DNA of 64,000 bases, from positions 404,550,001-404,614,000 of the forward strand of contig OZ024741.1 of NCBI GenBank assembly GCA_964016885.1, read 5' to 3'. Every line of letters begins with the position of its first letter. Position 1 is the first letter of the stretch. The position numbers and the translations under genes are program-made. Source of the stretch: Eledone cirrhosa (taxonomy: Eukaryota). Positions 23,800 to 38,700 of the stretch are shown piece after piece. Under the pieces are notes generated by a model, which was not told the DNA's origin, searched no databases, and saw only the letters and a list, made by a program, of their open reading frames with translations.

Positions 23800-24254
23800 A
23801 AAGGGCAAAGGAGCTCTTAAGAGTCAATGGCCATCCAAAATCACCGGAAGAGATGACCCCTTAGCCTTTGTCAAGGCAGAATTCTAGGAGAAGGAAAACT
23901 CTGATATAACACCTGCAACCCTGATGGTAATCAATGATGTTTACTTGTTCTTCTTTTTGGTAAATATCATCTTGGTTCAGAGAGTGGGACTGGCTTTGTG
24001 CAGTGCCTTTGCTCACTATAAAAGCTTCATGGCACAGGCATTGCTTTATATCTGGAGATCTCTCTGCACTTGTCGTCACATGGTACCATGGGCCCAGCAC
24101 TATGTGTCAATAATTGTCACAAGTGAAGTGTTTGTACCAGAGTTTTCAAGTCGCTGGCTGAACTAAAAAGTCACACTCGTTCAGCGCATTGGTAGGGGTT
24201 CTCCTACATGGATATAAAGTAGTGGCCGTACTCGAAAACGAATTGGCAGCCACC
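23800..24254 (+). mobile_element. RTE-derived non-autonomous element, copy 5 (5'-truncated)
   Basis: Begins at aagggcaaaggagctc and ends ggcagccaccatgtat. Confidence 0.75.
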
Positions 24255-24514
24255 ATGTATTTATATGTTTATTGTATGTAAGTATGTTTGTGTCTATGTA
24301 CGCCTGTAAGTATGTCTGTATGATGTATGTACTATGTATGTACATTGTTAACGCAGAAAATCTACGTTATTTAATGGTTGATTTATTGCTGATATAAATC
24401 AATTATATGATAAATGTTAACATGTGTTTAAATTAGATTTGAAAGTGTCGTTTATCGTTCAGAAAATCTTTAGTATAAATATTTCATATTACATAGCTGT
24501 TTTGTATAGAATAT

Positions 24515-24700
24515 AATTGTTTCTACTTTTGGCACAAGGCCAGCAATTACCCAGTGCATTACTGGTACTTTATTTTATCGACCCCGTAAGGATGAAAGGC
24601 AAAGTTAATCTCGGCAGGATTTGAACTCAGATCAGAAAGGGGCGTAACTCTGTGCTACAAAGCATGGCGTCCGACCCTCTACCGATACTGCCAAACCACA
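24515..24700 (-). mobile_element. tRNA-derived SINE family B (Nin/Deu-like central domain)
   Basis: Minus strand reads gagttcaaatcc...tttcatccttacggggtcgataaaataaagtaccagt...ggccttgtgccaaaag, with a close copy at 49803. Confidence 0.8.
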
Positions 24701-25329
24701 ATATAATAAAATACAGGGATACTTTTAATAGTTAAAACTCCCTAAATAAAGAGAAATAAGGAGTGGTACGTTAATACCTTCGTAAAGGCATTAGTAATTT
24801 CAAGGAAGTGAACCTCAGCGGGGTGGACAGTTGCAAACGTGGGTTGTGGCGCAGTTACTGGGTAAATATTTGCTCCAACTTCGCATCTATAGTATCCAAC
24901 GTTGGAATAGCAACTGGCTGGCATCACCTTCGTCAAACGTGTGTGATCACCATGCAGTGGCCTTTTCTATTCGTGCTGCTGACAATACAATGTCTATTTG
25001 TATCTAAATTTAATCTCTATAATTTTAAATTTTAATTCATATTTAGAATCATAAAATATTTACATCCTTTAGTCTTTATTTTTTATCATCCATTATACTT
25101 CCTTTGATATATATTACCATAGGATGACTTCCATATCATGAAATATATTTAAACTTACTATATAGGACTTTTTGAAACGTAAATAATTTTCGTTAATGAA
25201 ATATTTTCTTCTGTACTGACTTTAGTTGTTTCTCTATACTCGGTAATGAGTAGAAGAATTCACAATAACAACCTATTAATACATATATACATATACACCA
25301 GCTCTGAACACGATGGTAACAAACTCCCA

Positions 25330-25477
25330 CTGTCACTGCCTCCGTCTCTCCCGTTCTCCCCCATCTCTCACTATTACACTGTATAAGCAAAAGGAGGGCG
25401 GACTGACTGGAGAAGGTTTTTCCCGGAGGATGGTGAAGGAGACGCGCTGGAAGAGCAATTCCTGCTCTGTGGTAAGA
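25330..25477 (-). mobile_element. CRE-type LINE 3' relic
   Basis: LLFQRVSFTILR plus a 3'UTR shared with 54000-54140. Confidence 0.6.
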
Positions 25478-25805
25478 TGGTGGATTAGCAGAGTCGTTAA
25501 AACGTCAGCTAGAATATTTTGTGGTATTTGTGCTGGTCCTCTGCACACTGAGTACAAACCCCACCGAGGTCAATTTTGCCTTTCATCTATTCGGGGTTCA
25601 TAAAATGTACCAGTCTAGTACTGGGTCGACATCTTCCTCTTTCTCAGTTCCTCTCTCTCACTTTCTATCATTCTCTGGAAGAAATCTACTGTAGTAAGGC
25701 CTGGAGAGAGATGGGCTCCGCCAGGCTTAAAATGTCCAAGACACGCCGTATGACAGTGGGCCTCCCCTACGACTCCATCAGTAGTTATGGGACCATGCCA
25801 TACTA
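25478..25805 (+). mobile_element. SINE family C (tRNA head, Nin-like core, CT tract, ~130-bp GC-richer tail)
   Basis: Same architecture as the copies at 57925, 58800 and 62245. Confidence 0.7.
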
Positions 25806-26239
25806 TGTAATGGCTGTATATTGCTATACATTGACCACTACTCAGTATTCCGATAGTAGCTATGATTTTGTATATGATGTTTTCCATATAGAGTTGATAG
25901 GATATGCTGTCAATTGTCGCCCTGAGTCACATCTTCTGACAGTTGTTGTAAATATAAATGTCTGAAGCCCGGAACCTCATTAGGCCGGTGCTGATCCTGA
26001 TTTCCCTGGCACTTAGTGACTGAGAGTACAAAACTTCCCTCTGGAAAAGACGCCAGACCTTCGCAGGTTTAAACTCCCAGATACTGCTGGAACCTATTTT
26101 CAACTGAGAATAATGAAACAACATAAAAAGAAGTGTTTTTCTCAAGAAGACAACACACAACTCCATCCAGGTATCGAAACCTCGACATTATGATCGTCTC
26201 CAACACCTTTACCTCTAGACCACGTATTAGCAATAACTT

Positions 26240-26314
<75 letters not shown>

Positions 26315-26317
<3 letters not shown>

Positions 26318-26530
26318 CAGCTCACACCTGTGTAGGTTTAGATGACCTTCTCTAAGGTATATCTCGTTGGAGGTGTCTTGGGTAATTTAATGATAGGGAC
26401 CCAGTCATCTCATTTCTACAGCTGAGTAAACTGGAACAACGTGAAACTAAGTGTCTTGAATTGGTCTGAGAATTGAACTCACAACCTTTCGATTGCAAGC
26501 CCAATGCTCTAACCACGAAGTCATGCGCCT
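26315..26530 (-). mobile_element. tRNA-derived SINE family A with (CA)n tail
   Basis: Close paralogue of 4790-5040, with the (TG)n tract at 26240-26315. Confidence 0.75.
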
Positions 26531-26756
26531 TAATAACTTGATGTGGCGTAAATGCCCAGCGCAACACGAACAAGACCTGGTTTCAAATCACGCGTTAAAA
26601 TGTTTCACCTAACTATGCAGACATATTCCTGTCAAAGGCCTAATTGACTAAATGACATTCTCTTTTTCTGTCACTTATTAAAGTATTGCACCGAGGCTTC
26701 ATTTTAGCTAGTAAAAAGTGTGAATGTCTGTGTGTCAGTCTGTGTATATGTCAACA

Positions 26757-29700
26757 TAAATCTGTATATATGTCTACATGAGTAAAAAGGTGTGAATGTT
26801 TGTGTGTCAGTCTGTGTATATGTCAACATAAATCTGTATATATGTCTACATGAGTCTGTATGTATTTCTACATGTGTCTGTATATATATATATCTACATG
26901 AGTGTGTATATATGTCTACATGAGCATGTGTATATGTCTACATGAGTCTTCATATATGTCTACATGAGTCTACATATATATGTCTACATGAGTCTATATA
27001 TGTCTATATGAGATGTATATATCTCTACATGAGTCTGTATATATGTCTACATGAGTCTACATATATATGTCTACATGAGTTTATATATGTCTAGATAAGT
27101 CAGTATATATATCTACATGTGTCTGTATATGAGTGTGTATATATGTCTACATGAGTATGTGTATATGTGTACATGAGTCAGTATATATGTCTACATGAGT
27201 CAGTATATATGTCTACACGAGTCTGTATATATATCTACATGTGTCTGTATATATGTCTACATAAGTCTATATATATGTCTACATGAGTCTACATAAGTCT
27301 ACATGAGTCTGTATATATGTCTACATGAGTCTGTATATATGTCTAAGTGAGTCTATATATATGTCTATATGAGTCTGTATATATGTCTACATGAGTCTGT
27401 ATACATGTCTACACGAGTATTTATATGTCTACATGAGTCTGAATATATATCTACATGAGCCTAAATATGTCTACATGATTCAATATATATTTATATGTCT
27501 ACATCAGTCTGTATCTATGTCTACATGTGTCTGTGTATATGTCTACATGAGTCTGTATATATGTCTACATAAGTGTGTGTATATGTCTACATGAGTCTGT
27601 ATATATGTCTACATGAGTCTATATGTATGTCTACATGAGTCTATATATGTCTACATGAGTCTGTATATATCTACATGAGTCTATATATGTCTACATAAGT
27701 CTGTATATTTGTCTACATGAATCTCTATATATGTCTACATGAGTCTGTATATATGTCTTCTTGTGTCTATGTATGTCTACTTGCGTCTATGTATGTCTAC
27801 ATGACTATGTATATATATATATGACTACATGAATCTTTATATATGTCTACATGAGTCTGTATATATGTATACATGTGTCTATATCTATATCTACATGAGT
27901 ATGTATATTTGTCTACATGAGTCTACATATATATGTCTACATGATGCTACATATGTCTATATGAGTCAGTATATATATATCTATATGAGTCAGTATATAT
28001 GTCTACATGAGTCTGTGTATATATCTACATGAGTCTGTATATATGTCTACATGAGTCTATATATGTCTACATGAGCCTGTATATATGTCTACTTGAATCA
28101 ATATATATGTCTACACGAGTCTATATATGTCTACATAAGTCTGTATATATGTCTACATGAGTCTATATATATGTCTACATGAGTCTATCTATTTCTACAT
28201 GAGTCTGTATATATATATCTACATGAGTCTATATATGTCTCCATAAGTCTGTATATATGTTTAAATGAGTCTGTATATATGTCTACATAGTCTATATATG
28301 TCTACATGAGTCTGTATCTATGTCTACATGAGTCTGTATATATGTCTACATAGTCTATATATGTCTACATGAGTCTGTATCTATGTCTACATGAGACTGT
28401 ATATATTTCTACATGAGTCTATATATGTCTACATGAGTATGTATATATATATATATTTGACTACATGAGTCTGTATATATGTCTACATGACTCTCATATA
28501 TATCTACATGTGTCTATATCTACATGTATATATAACTACATGACTCTTATATATATCTACATGAGTCTATATATGTGTGTCTACATGAGTCTGTATATAT
28601 GTCTACATGAGTCTTTATATATGTCTACGTGAGTTTGTATATATATCGACATGAGTCTATATATATGTCTACATGAGTCTATATTTGTCTACATAAGTCT
28701 GTATATATGTCTACATAGTCTATATAGGTCTACATGAGTGTGTATATCTATCTACATGAGTCTGTATATATGTATAAATGTCTTTGTATATATGTCTACA
28801 TGAGTCTATATATGTCTACATGAGTCTGTATCTATGTCTAAAATTGTCTGTGTATATGTATACATGAGTCTGTATATATGTCTACATGAGTCTATATATG
28901 TCTACATGAAACAGTATATATGTCTACATGAGTCTATATATATATCTACATGAGTCTGTATCTATGTCTACAAGTGTATTTGTGTATGTCTACATGAGTC
29001 TATATATAGCTTCATGAATCTGTATATATATCTACATGTGTCTGTATATATGTCTACACGAGTCTGTATATATGTCTACATGAGTCTGTATATATGTCTA
29101 CATGAGTCTGTATATGTGTCTACATGAGTCTGCATATGTCTACATTAGTCTGTATATAGATGTATACATGAGTCTGTATATATGTCTACATGAGTGTATA
29201 TATGTCTACATGAGTCTATATATGTCTACATTATTCTGTATCTATGTCTACATGTGTATGTACATATGTCTACATGAGTGTGTGTATATATGTACATGCG
29301 TCTGTATACATGTCCACATGTGTCTGTATACGTCTACATGACGTTGTATATATATCTACATGAGTCTGTATATATGTCTACGTGAGACTGTATATATGTC
29401 TACATGGGGTTTATATATATGTCTACATGAGACTGTATATACTCCTATGTCTACATAAGTCTAGATATATATATGTCTACATAAGTCTATATATGTGTGT
29501 ACATGAGTCTGTATATATGTCTACATGAGTCTGTATATATGTGTACATGAGTCTGTATATATGCCTACATGAGTCTGTATATATGTCTACATGTGTCTAT
29601 ATATGTCTACATGATTCTGTAACAATGTCTACATATGTATGTGTACATGTCGACATGAGTATGTATATATGTCTACATGAGTCTTTATATATGTGTACAT

Positions 29701-32700
29701 GAGTCTGTATATATGCCTACATGAGTTTGTATGTCTACATGAGTCTGTATATATGTCTACATGAGTCTATGTATGTCTACATTAGTATATATATGTCTAC
29801 ATGTGTCTATATATGTCTACATGATTCTGTATCAATGTCTACATGTGTCTGTGTATATGTAGGCATGAGTCTGTATATATGTCTACATGAGTGTGTGTAT
29901 ATGTGTACATGAGTCTGTATATGTTTACATGACTCTGTATATATCTATCTACATGAATTTGTATATATACCTACATGAGTGTGTATATATCTCTACACGA
30001 GTCTATATATATGTCTAAATGAGTCTGTATATACTCCTATGTCTACATGAACCTATATATATGTCTACATGAGTCTGTATATATGTCTACATGAGTCTAT
30101 ATATATATCTACATGAGTCTATATATATGTCTACATGAGTCTATATATGTCTACATACGTCTGTATATATGTCTACATGAGTATATATATATATGCCTAC
30201 ATAAGTATGTATATATATGTCTACATGTGTCTGTACATGAGTGTGTATATATGTCTACATGAGTATGTGTATATGTGTACATGAGTCGGTATATATGTCT
30301 ACATGAGTCAGTATATATGTCTACAGGTGTCTGTATATATATCTACATGTGTCTGTATATATGTCTACATAAGTCTATATATATGTCTACACAAGTCTAC
30401 ATATGTCTACACGAGTCTGTATATATGTCTACATGAGTCTGTATATATGTCTAAGTGAGTCTATGTATATGTCTATATGAGTCTGTATATATATCTAGAT
30501 GAGTCTGTATACATGTCTACATGAGTATTTATATGTCTACATGAGTCTGAATATATATCTACATGTGTCTGTGTATATGTCTACATGAGTCTGTATATAT
30601 GTCTACATGAGTGTGTGTATATGTCTACACGAGTCTGTATATATGTCTACATGAGTCTATATATATGTCTACATGAGTCTATATATATCTACATGAGTCT
30701 GTATATATATCTACATGAGTCTATATATGTCTACATGAGTCTATATATGTGTGTCTACATGAGTCTGTATATATGTCTACATGAGTCTTTATATATGTCT
30801 ACATGAGTTTGTATATATATCGACATGACTCTATATATACGTCTACATGAGTCTATATTTGTCTACATAAGTCTGTATATATGTCTACATAGTCTATATA
30901 GGTCTACATGAGTCTGTATATATGTTTACATGAGTCTGTATATATGTATACATGTCTTTGTATATATGTCTACATGAAACAGTATATATGTCTACATGAG
31001 TCTATATATATATCTACATGTGTCTGTATCTATGTCTACAAGTGTATGTGTGTATGTCTACATGAGTCTATATATAGCTACATGAATCTGTATATATATC
31101 TACATGAGTCTGTATATATGTCTACACGAGTCTGTATATATGTCTACATGAGTCTGTATATATGTCTACATGAGTCTGTATATGTGTCTACATGAGTCTG
31201 CATATGTCTACATGAGTCTGTATATATATGTATACATGAGTCTGTATATATGTCTACATGAGTGTATATATGTCTACATGAGTCTATATATGTCTACATT
31301 ATTCTGTATCTATGTCTACATGTGTATGTATATATGTCTACATGAGTGTGTGTATATGTCTACATGCGTCTGTATACATGTCTACATGTGTCTGTATACG
31401 TCTACATGACGCTGTATATATATCTACATGAGTCTGTATATATGTCTACGTGAGACTGTATATATGTCTACATGGGGTTTATATATATGTCTACATGAGA
31501 CTGTATATACTCCTATGTCTACATAAGTCTATATATATATATGTCTACATAAGTCTATATATGTGTGTACATGAGTCTGTATATATGTGTACATGAGTCT
31601 GTATATATGTGTACATGAGTCTGTATATATGCCTACATGAGTCTGTATATATGTCTACATGAGTCTATGTATGTCTACATTAGTATATATATGTCTACAT
31701 GTGTCTATATATGTCTACATGATTCTGTATCAATGTCTACATGTGTCTGTGTATATGTCGGCATGAGTCTGCATATATGTCTACATGAGTGTGTGTATAT
31801 GTGTACATGAGTCTGTATATGAGTACATGACTCTGTATATATCTATCTGCATGAATCTGTATATATACCTACATGAGTGTGTATATATGTCTACATGAGT
31901 CTAGATATATGTCTAAATGAGTCTGTATATACTCCTATGTCTACATGAACTTATATATATGTCTACATGAGTCTGTATATATGTCTACATGACTCTTATA
32001 TATATATATCTACATGAGTCTATATCTACATGTATATATAACTACATGAGTCTATATATGTCTACATGAGTCTATATATGTGTGTCTACATGAGTCTGTA
32101 TATATGTCTACATGAGTCTTTATATATGTCTACACGAGTTTGTATATATATCGACATGAGTCTATATATATGTCTACATGAGTCTATATTTGACAAAATA
32201 CGTCTGTATATATGTCTACATGAGTCTGTATATATGTATACATGTCTTTTTATATATGTCTACATGAGTCTATATATGTCTACATGAGTCTGTATCTATG
32301 TCTACATTGTCTGTGTATATGTCTACATGAGTCTGTATATATGTCTACATGAGTCTATATATGTCTACATGAATCAGTATATATGTCTACATGAGTCTAT
32401 ATATATATCTACATGAGTCTGTATCTATGTCTACAAGTGTAAATGTGTATGTTTACATGAGTCTATATATAGCTACATGAATCTGTATATATATCTACAT
32501 GAGTCTGTATATATGTCTACATGAGTCTGTATATATGTCTACATGAGTCTGTATATATGTCTACATGAGTCTGTATATGTGTCTACATGACTCTGCATAT
32601 GTCTACATGAGTCTGTATATATATATACATGAGACTGTATATATGTCTACATGAGTGTATATATGTCTACATGAGTGTGTATATGTCTACATGAGTCTAT

Positions 32701-35700
32701 ATATGTCTACATTATTCTGTATCTATGTCTACATGTGTATGTATATATGTCTACATGAGTGTGTGTATATGTGTACATGCGTCTGTATACATGTCTACAT
32801 GTGTCTGTATACGTCTACATGACTGTATATATATCTACATGAGTCTGTATATATGTCTACGTGAGTCTGTATATATGTCTACATGTGTTTATATATATGT
32901 CTACATGAGACTGTATATACTCCTATGTCTACATAAGTCTATATATATATATATGTCTACATAAGTCTATATAGGTGTGTACATGTGTCTATTTATATGT
33001 CTACATGAGTCTGTATATATGTGTACATGAGTCTGTATATATGCCTACATGAGTCTGTATGTCGACATGAGTCTGTATATATGTCTACATGAGTCTATGT
33101 ATGTCTACATGAGAACATATATGTCTACACGTGTCTATATATGTCTACATGATTCTGTAACAATGTCTACATATGTCTGTGTACATGTCGACATGAGTCT
33201 GTATATATGTGTACATGAGTCTGTATGTATGTGTACATGAGTCTGTATACATGCCTACATGAGTCTGTTTGTCTACATGAGTCTGTATATATGTCTACAT
33301 GAGTCTATGTATGTCTACATTAGTATATATATGTCTACATCTGTCTATATATGTCTACATGATCATGTATCAATGTCTACATGTCTCTCTGTGTATATGT
33401 CGGCATGAGTCTGTATATATGTCTACATGAGTGTGTGTATATGTGTACATGAGTCTGTATATGTGTACATGACTCTGTATATATCTATCTACATGAATCT
33501 GTATATATACCTATATGAGTGTGTATATATGTCTACATGAGTCTATATATATGTCTAAATGAGTCTGTATATACTCCTATGTCTACATGAACCTATATAT
33601 ATGTCTACATGAGTCTGTATATATGTCTACATGAGTCTATATATATATCTACGTGAGTCTATATATATGTCTACATGAGTCTATATATGTCTACATAAGT
33701 ATGTATATATGTCTACATGAGTATATATATATATGTCTACATAAGTATGTATATATATGTATACATGAGTCTGTATATTTGTCTACATGAGTCTGTATAT
33801 ATGTCTACATGAGTCTGTATAGATGTCTACATGTGTATCTCTATATATATATATATGACTACATGAGTCTGTATATATGTCTACATGACTTTGTATATAT
33901 ATATACATGAGTCTATATATGTCTACATGAGTCTGTATATATGTATACATGAGTCTACATATATATGTCTATATGAGTCAGTATATATGTCTACATGAGT
34001 ATGTGTATATGTCTACATGAGTCTGTATATGTGTACATGAGTCTATATATATGTCTACACGAGTCTATATATGTCTACATGAATCTGTATACATGTCTAC
34101 GTGAGTCTGTATATATAACTACATGAGTATATATTTATGTCTACATGAGTCTGTATATATATCTACATGAGTATATATATATATATATATATCAACATGG
34201 GTCTGTATATATGTCTATATGAGAATGTATATATGTCTACATGAGTCTTTATATGGCTACATGTATCTACATATATAACTACATTAGTCTATATATGTCT
34301 ACATGAGTCTATATATATATATGTCTACATGAGTCTGTATATACTCGTATGTCTAAATGACTCTATATATATGTCTACTTGAGTCTGTATATATCTCTAC
34401 ATGAGTCTGTATATGTCTACATGAGTCTGTATATATATCTACATGAGTCTATATATATATGTCTAAATGTCTCTATATATATTTCTACTTGAATCTATAT
34501 ATGTCTACACGAGTCTATATATGTCTACATAAGTCTGTATATATGTCTACATGAGTATGTATATATATGTCTACATGAGTCTATATATATGTCTACATGA
34601 GTCTATATATTTCTACATGAGTCTGTATATATATCTACGTGAGTCTATATATCTCTCCATAAGTCTGTATATTTGTCTACATGAGTCTGTATATATGTCT
34701 ACATAAGTCTGTATCTATGTCTACATGAGTCTGTATATATGTCTACCTGAGTCTATATATGTCTACGTGAGTATGTATATATATATATTTGACTACATGA
34801 GTCTGTATATATGTCTACATGACTCTTATATATATCTACATGAGTCTATATCTACATGTATATATAACTACATGAGTCTATATATGTCTACATGAGTCTA
34901 TATATGTGTGTCTACATGAGTCTGTATATATGTCTACATAGTCTATATAGGTCTACATGAGTGTGTATATATATCTACATGAGTCTGTATATATGTATAA
35001 ATGTCTTTGTATATATGTCTACATGAGTCTATATATGTCTACATGAGTCTGTATCTATGTCTAAAATTGTCTGTGTATATGTATACATGAGTCTGTATAT
35101 ATGTCTACATGAGTCTATATATGTCTACATGAAACAGTATATATGTCTACATGAGTCTATATATATATTTACATGAGTCTGTATCTATGTCTACAAGTGT
35201 ATTTGTGTATGTCTACATGAGTCTATATATAGCTTCATGAATCTGTATATATATCTACATGTGTCTGTATATATGTCTACACGAGTCTGTATATATGTCT
35301 ACATGAGTCTGTATATATGTCTACATGAGTCTGTATATGTGTCTACATGAGTCTGCATATGTCTACGTTAGTCTGTATATAGATGTATACATGAGTCTGT
35401 ATATATGTCTACATGAGTGTATATATGTCTACATGAGTCTATATATGTCTACATTATTCTGTATCTATGTCTACATGTGTATGTACATATGTCTACATGA
35501 GTGTGTGTATATATGTACATGCGTCTGTATACATGTCTACATGTGTCTGTATACGTCTACATGACGTTGTATATATATCTACATGAGTCTGTATATATGT
35601 CTACGTGAGACTGTATATATGTCTACATGGGGTTTATATATATGTCTACATGAGACTGTATATACTCCTATGTCTACATAAGTCTAGATATATATATGTC

Positions 35701-38700
35701 TACATAAGTCTATATATGTGTGTACATGAGTCTGTATATATGTCTACATGAGTCTGTATATATGTGTACATGAGTCTGTATATATGCCTACATGAGTCTG
35801 TATATATGTCTACATGTGTCTATATATGTCTACATGATTCTGTAACAATGTCTACATATGTATGTGTACATGTCGACATGAGTATGTATATATGTCTACA
35901 TGAGTCTTTATATATGTGTACATAAGTCTGTATATATGCCTACATGAGTTTGTATGTCTACATGAGTCTGTATATATGTCTACATGAGTCTATGTATGGC
36001 TACATTAGTATATATATGTCTACATGTGTCTATATATGTCTACATGATTCTGTATCAATGTCTACATGTGTCTGTGTATATGTAGGCATGAGTCTGTATA
36101 TATGTCTACATGAGTGTGTGTATATGTGTACATGAGTCTGTATATGTTTACATGACTCTGTATATATCTATCTACATGAATCTGTATATATACCTACATG
36201 AGTGTGTATATATCTCTACACGAGTCTATATATATGTCTAAATGAGTCTGTATATACTCCTATGTCTACATGAACCTATATATATGTCTACATGAGTCTG
36301 TATATATGTCTACATGAGTCTATATATATATCTACATGAGTCTATATATATGTCTACATGAGTCTATATATGTCTACATACGTCTGTATATATGTCTACA
36401 TGAGTATATATATATATGCCTACATAAGTATGTATATATATGTCTACATGAGTCTGTATATTTGTCAACATGAGTCTGTATATATGTCTACATGAGTCTA
36501 CATATATATGTCTACATGAGACTATATATGTCTAGATGAGTCAGTATATATGTCTACATGTGTCTGTACATGAGTGTGTATATATGTCTACATGAGTATG
36601 TGTATATGTGTACATGAGTCGGTATATATGTCTACATGAGTCAGTATATATGTCTACAGGTGTCTGTATATATATCTACATGTGTCTGTATATATGTCTA
36701 CATAAGTCTATATATATGTCTACACAAGTCTACATATGTCTACATGAGTCTGTATATATGTCTACATGAGTCTGTATATATGTCTAAGTGAGTCTATGTA
36801 TATGTCTATATGAGTCTGTATATATATCTAGATGAGTCTGTATACATGTCTACATGAGTATTTATATGTCTACATGAGTCTGAATATATATCTACATGTG
36901 TCTGTGTATATGTCTACATGAGTCTGTATATATGTCTACATGAGTGTGTGTATATGTCTACACGAGTCTGTATATATGTCTACATGAGTCTATATATATG
37001 TCTACATGAGTCTATATATATCTACATGAGTCTGTATATATATCTACATGAGTCTATATATGTCTACATGAGTCTATATATGTGTGTCTACATGAGTCTG
37101 TATATATGTCTACATGAGTCTTTATATATGTCTACATGAGTTTGTATATCTATCGACATGAGTCTATATATACGTCTACATGAGTCTATATTTGTCTACA
37201 TAAGTCTGTATATATGTCTACATAGTCTATATAGGTCTACATGAGTCTGTATATATGTTTACATGAGTCTGTATATATGTATACATGTCTTTGTATATAT
37301 GTCTACATGAAACAGTATATATGTCTACATGAGTCTATATATATATCTACATGTGTCTGTATCTATGTCTACAAGTGTATGTGTGTATGTCTACATGAGT
37401 CTATATATAGCTACATGAATCTGTATATATATCTACATGAGTCTGTATATATGTCTACACGAGTCTGTATATATGTCTACATGAGTCTGTATATATGTCT
37501 ACATGAGTCTGTATATGTGTCTACATGAGTCTGCATATGTCTACATGAGTCTGTATATATATGTATACATGAGTCTGTATATATGTCTACATGAGTGTAT
37601 ATATGTCTACATGAGTCTATATATGTCTACATTATTCTGTATCTATGTCTACATGTGTATGTATATATGTCTACATGAGTGTGTGTATATGTCTACATGC
37701 GTCTGTATACATGTCTACATGTGTCTGTATACGTCTACATGACGCTGTATATATATCTACATGAGTCTGTATATATGTCTACGTGAGACTGTATATATGT
37801 CTACATGGGGTTTATATATATGTCTACATGAGACTGTATATACTCCTATGTCTACATAAGTCTATATATATATATGTCTACATAAGTCTATATATGTGTG
37901 TACATGAGTCTGTATATATGTCTACATGAGTCTGTATATATGTGTACATGAGTCTGTATATATGCCTACATGAGTCTGTATATATGTCTACATGAGTCTG
38001 TATATATGTCTACATGAGTCTGTATATGTGTCTACATGACTCTGCATATGTCTACATGAGTCTGTATATATATATACATGAGACTGTATATATGTCTACA
38101 TGAGTGTATATATGTCTACATGAGTGTGTATATGTCTACATGAGTCTATATATGTCTACATTATTCTGTATCTATGTCTACATGTGTATGTATATATGTC
38201 TACATGAGTGTGTGTATATGTGTACATGCGTCTGTATACATGTCTACATGTGTCTGTATACGTCTACATGACTGTATATATATCTACATGAGTCTGTATA
38301 TATGTCTACGTGAGTCTGTATATATGTCTACATGTGTTTATATATATGTCTACATGAGACTGTATATACTCCTATGTCTACATAAGTCTATATATATATA
38401 TATGTCTACATAAGTCTATATAGGTGTGTACATGTGTCTATTTATATGTCTACATGAGTCTGTATATATGTGTACATGAGTCTGTATATATGCCTACATG
38501 AGTCTGTATGTCGACATGAGTCTGTATATATGTCTACATGAGTCTATGTATGTCTACATGAGAACATATATGTCTACACGTGTCTATATATGTCTACATG
38601 ATTCTGTAACAATGTCTACATGTGTCTGTGTACATGTCGACATGAGTCTGTATATATGTGTACATGAGTCTGTATGTATGTGTACATGAGTCTGTATACA

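Noticed and set aside
22597-23808. 403-aa ORF as a novel His/Thr/Tyr-rich fusion protein
   Set aside because: The N-terminal third is translated (CATA)n microsatellite that happens to be in frame with a truncated LINE C-terminus.
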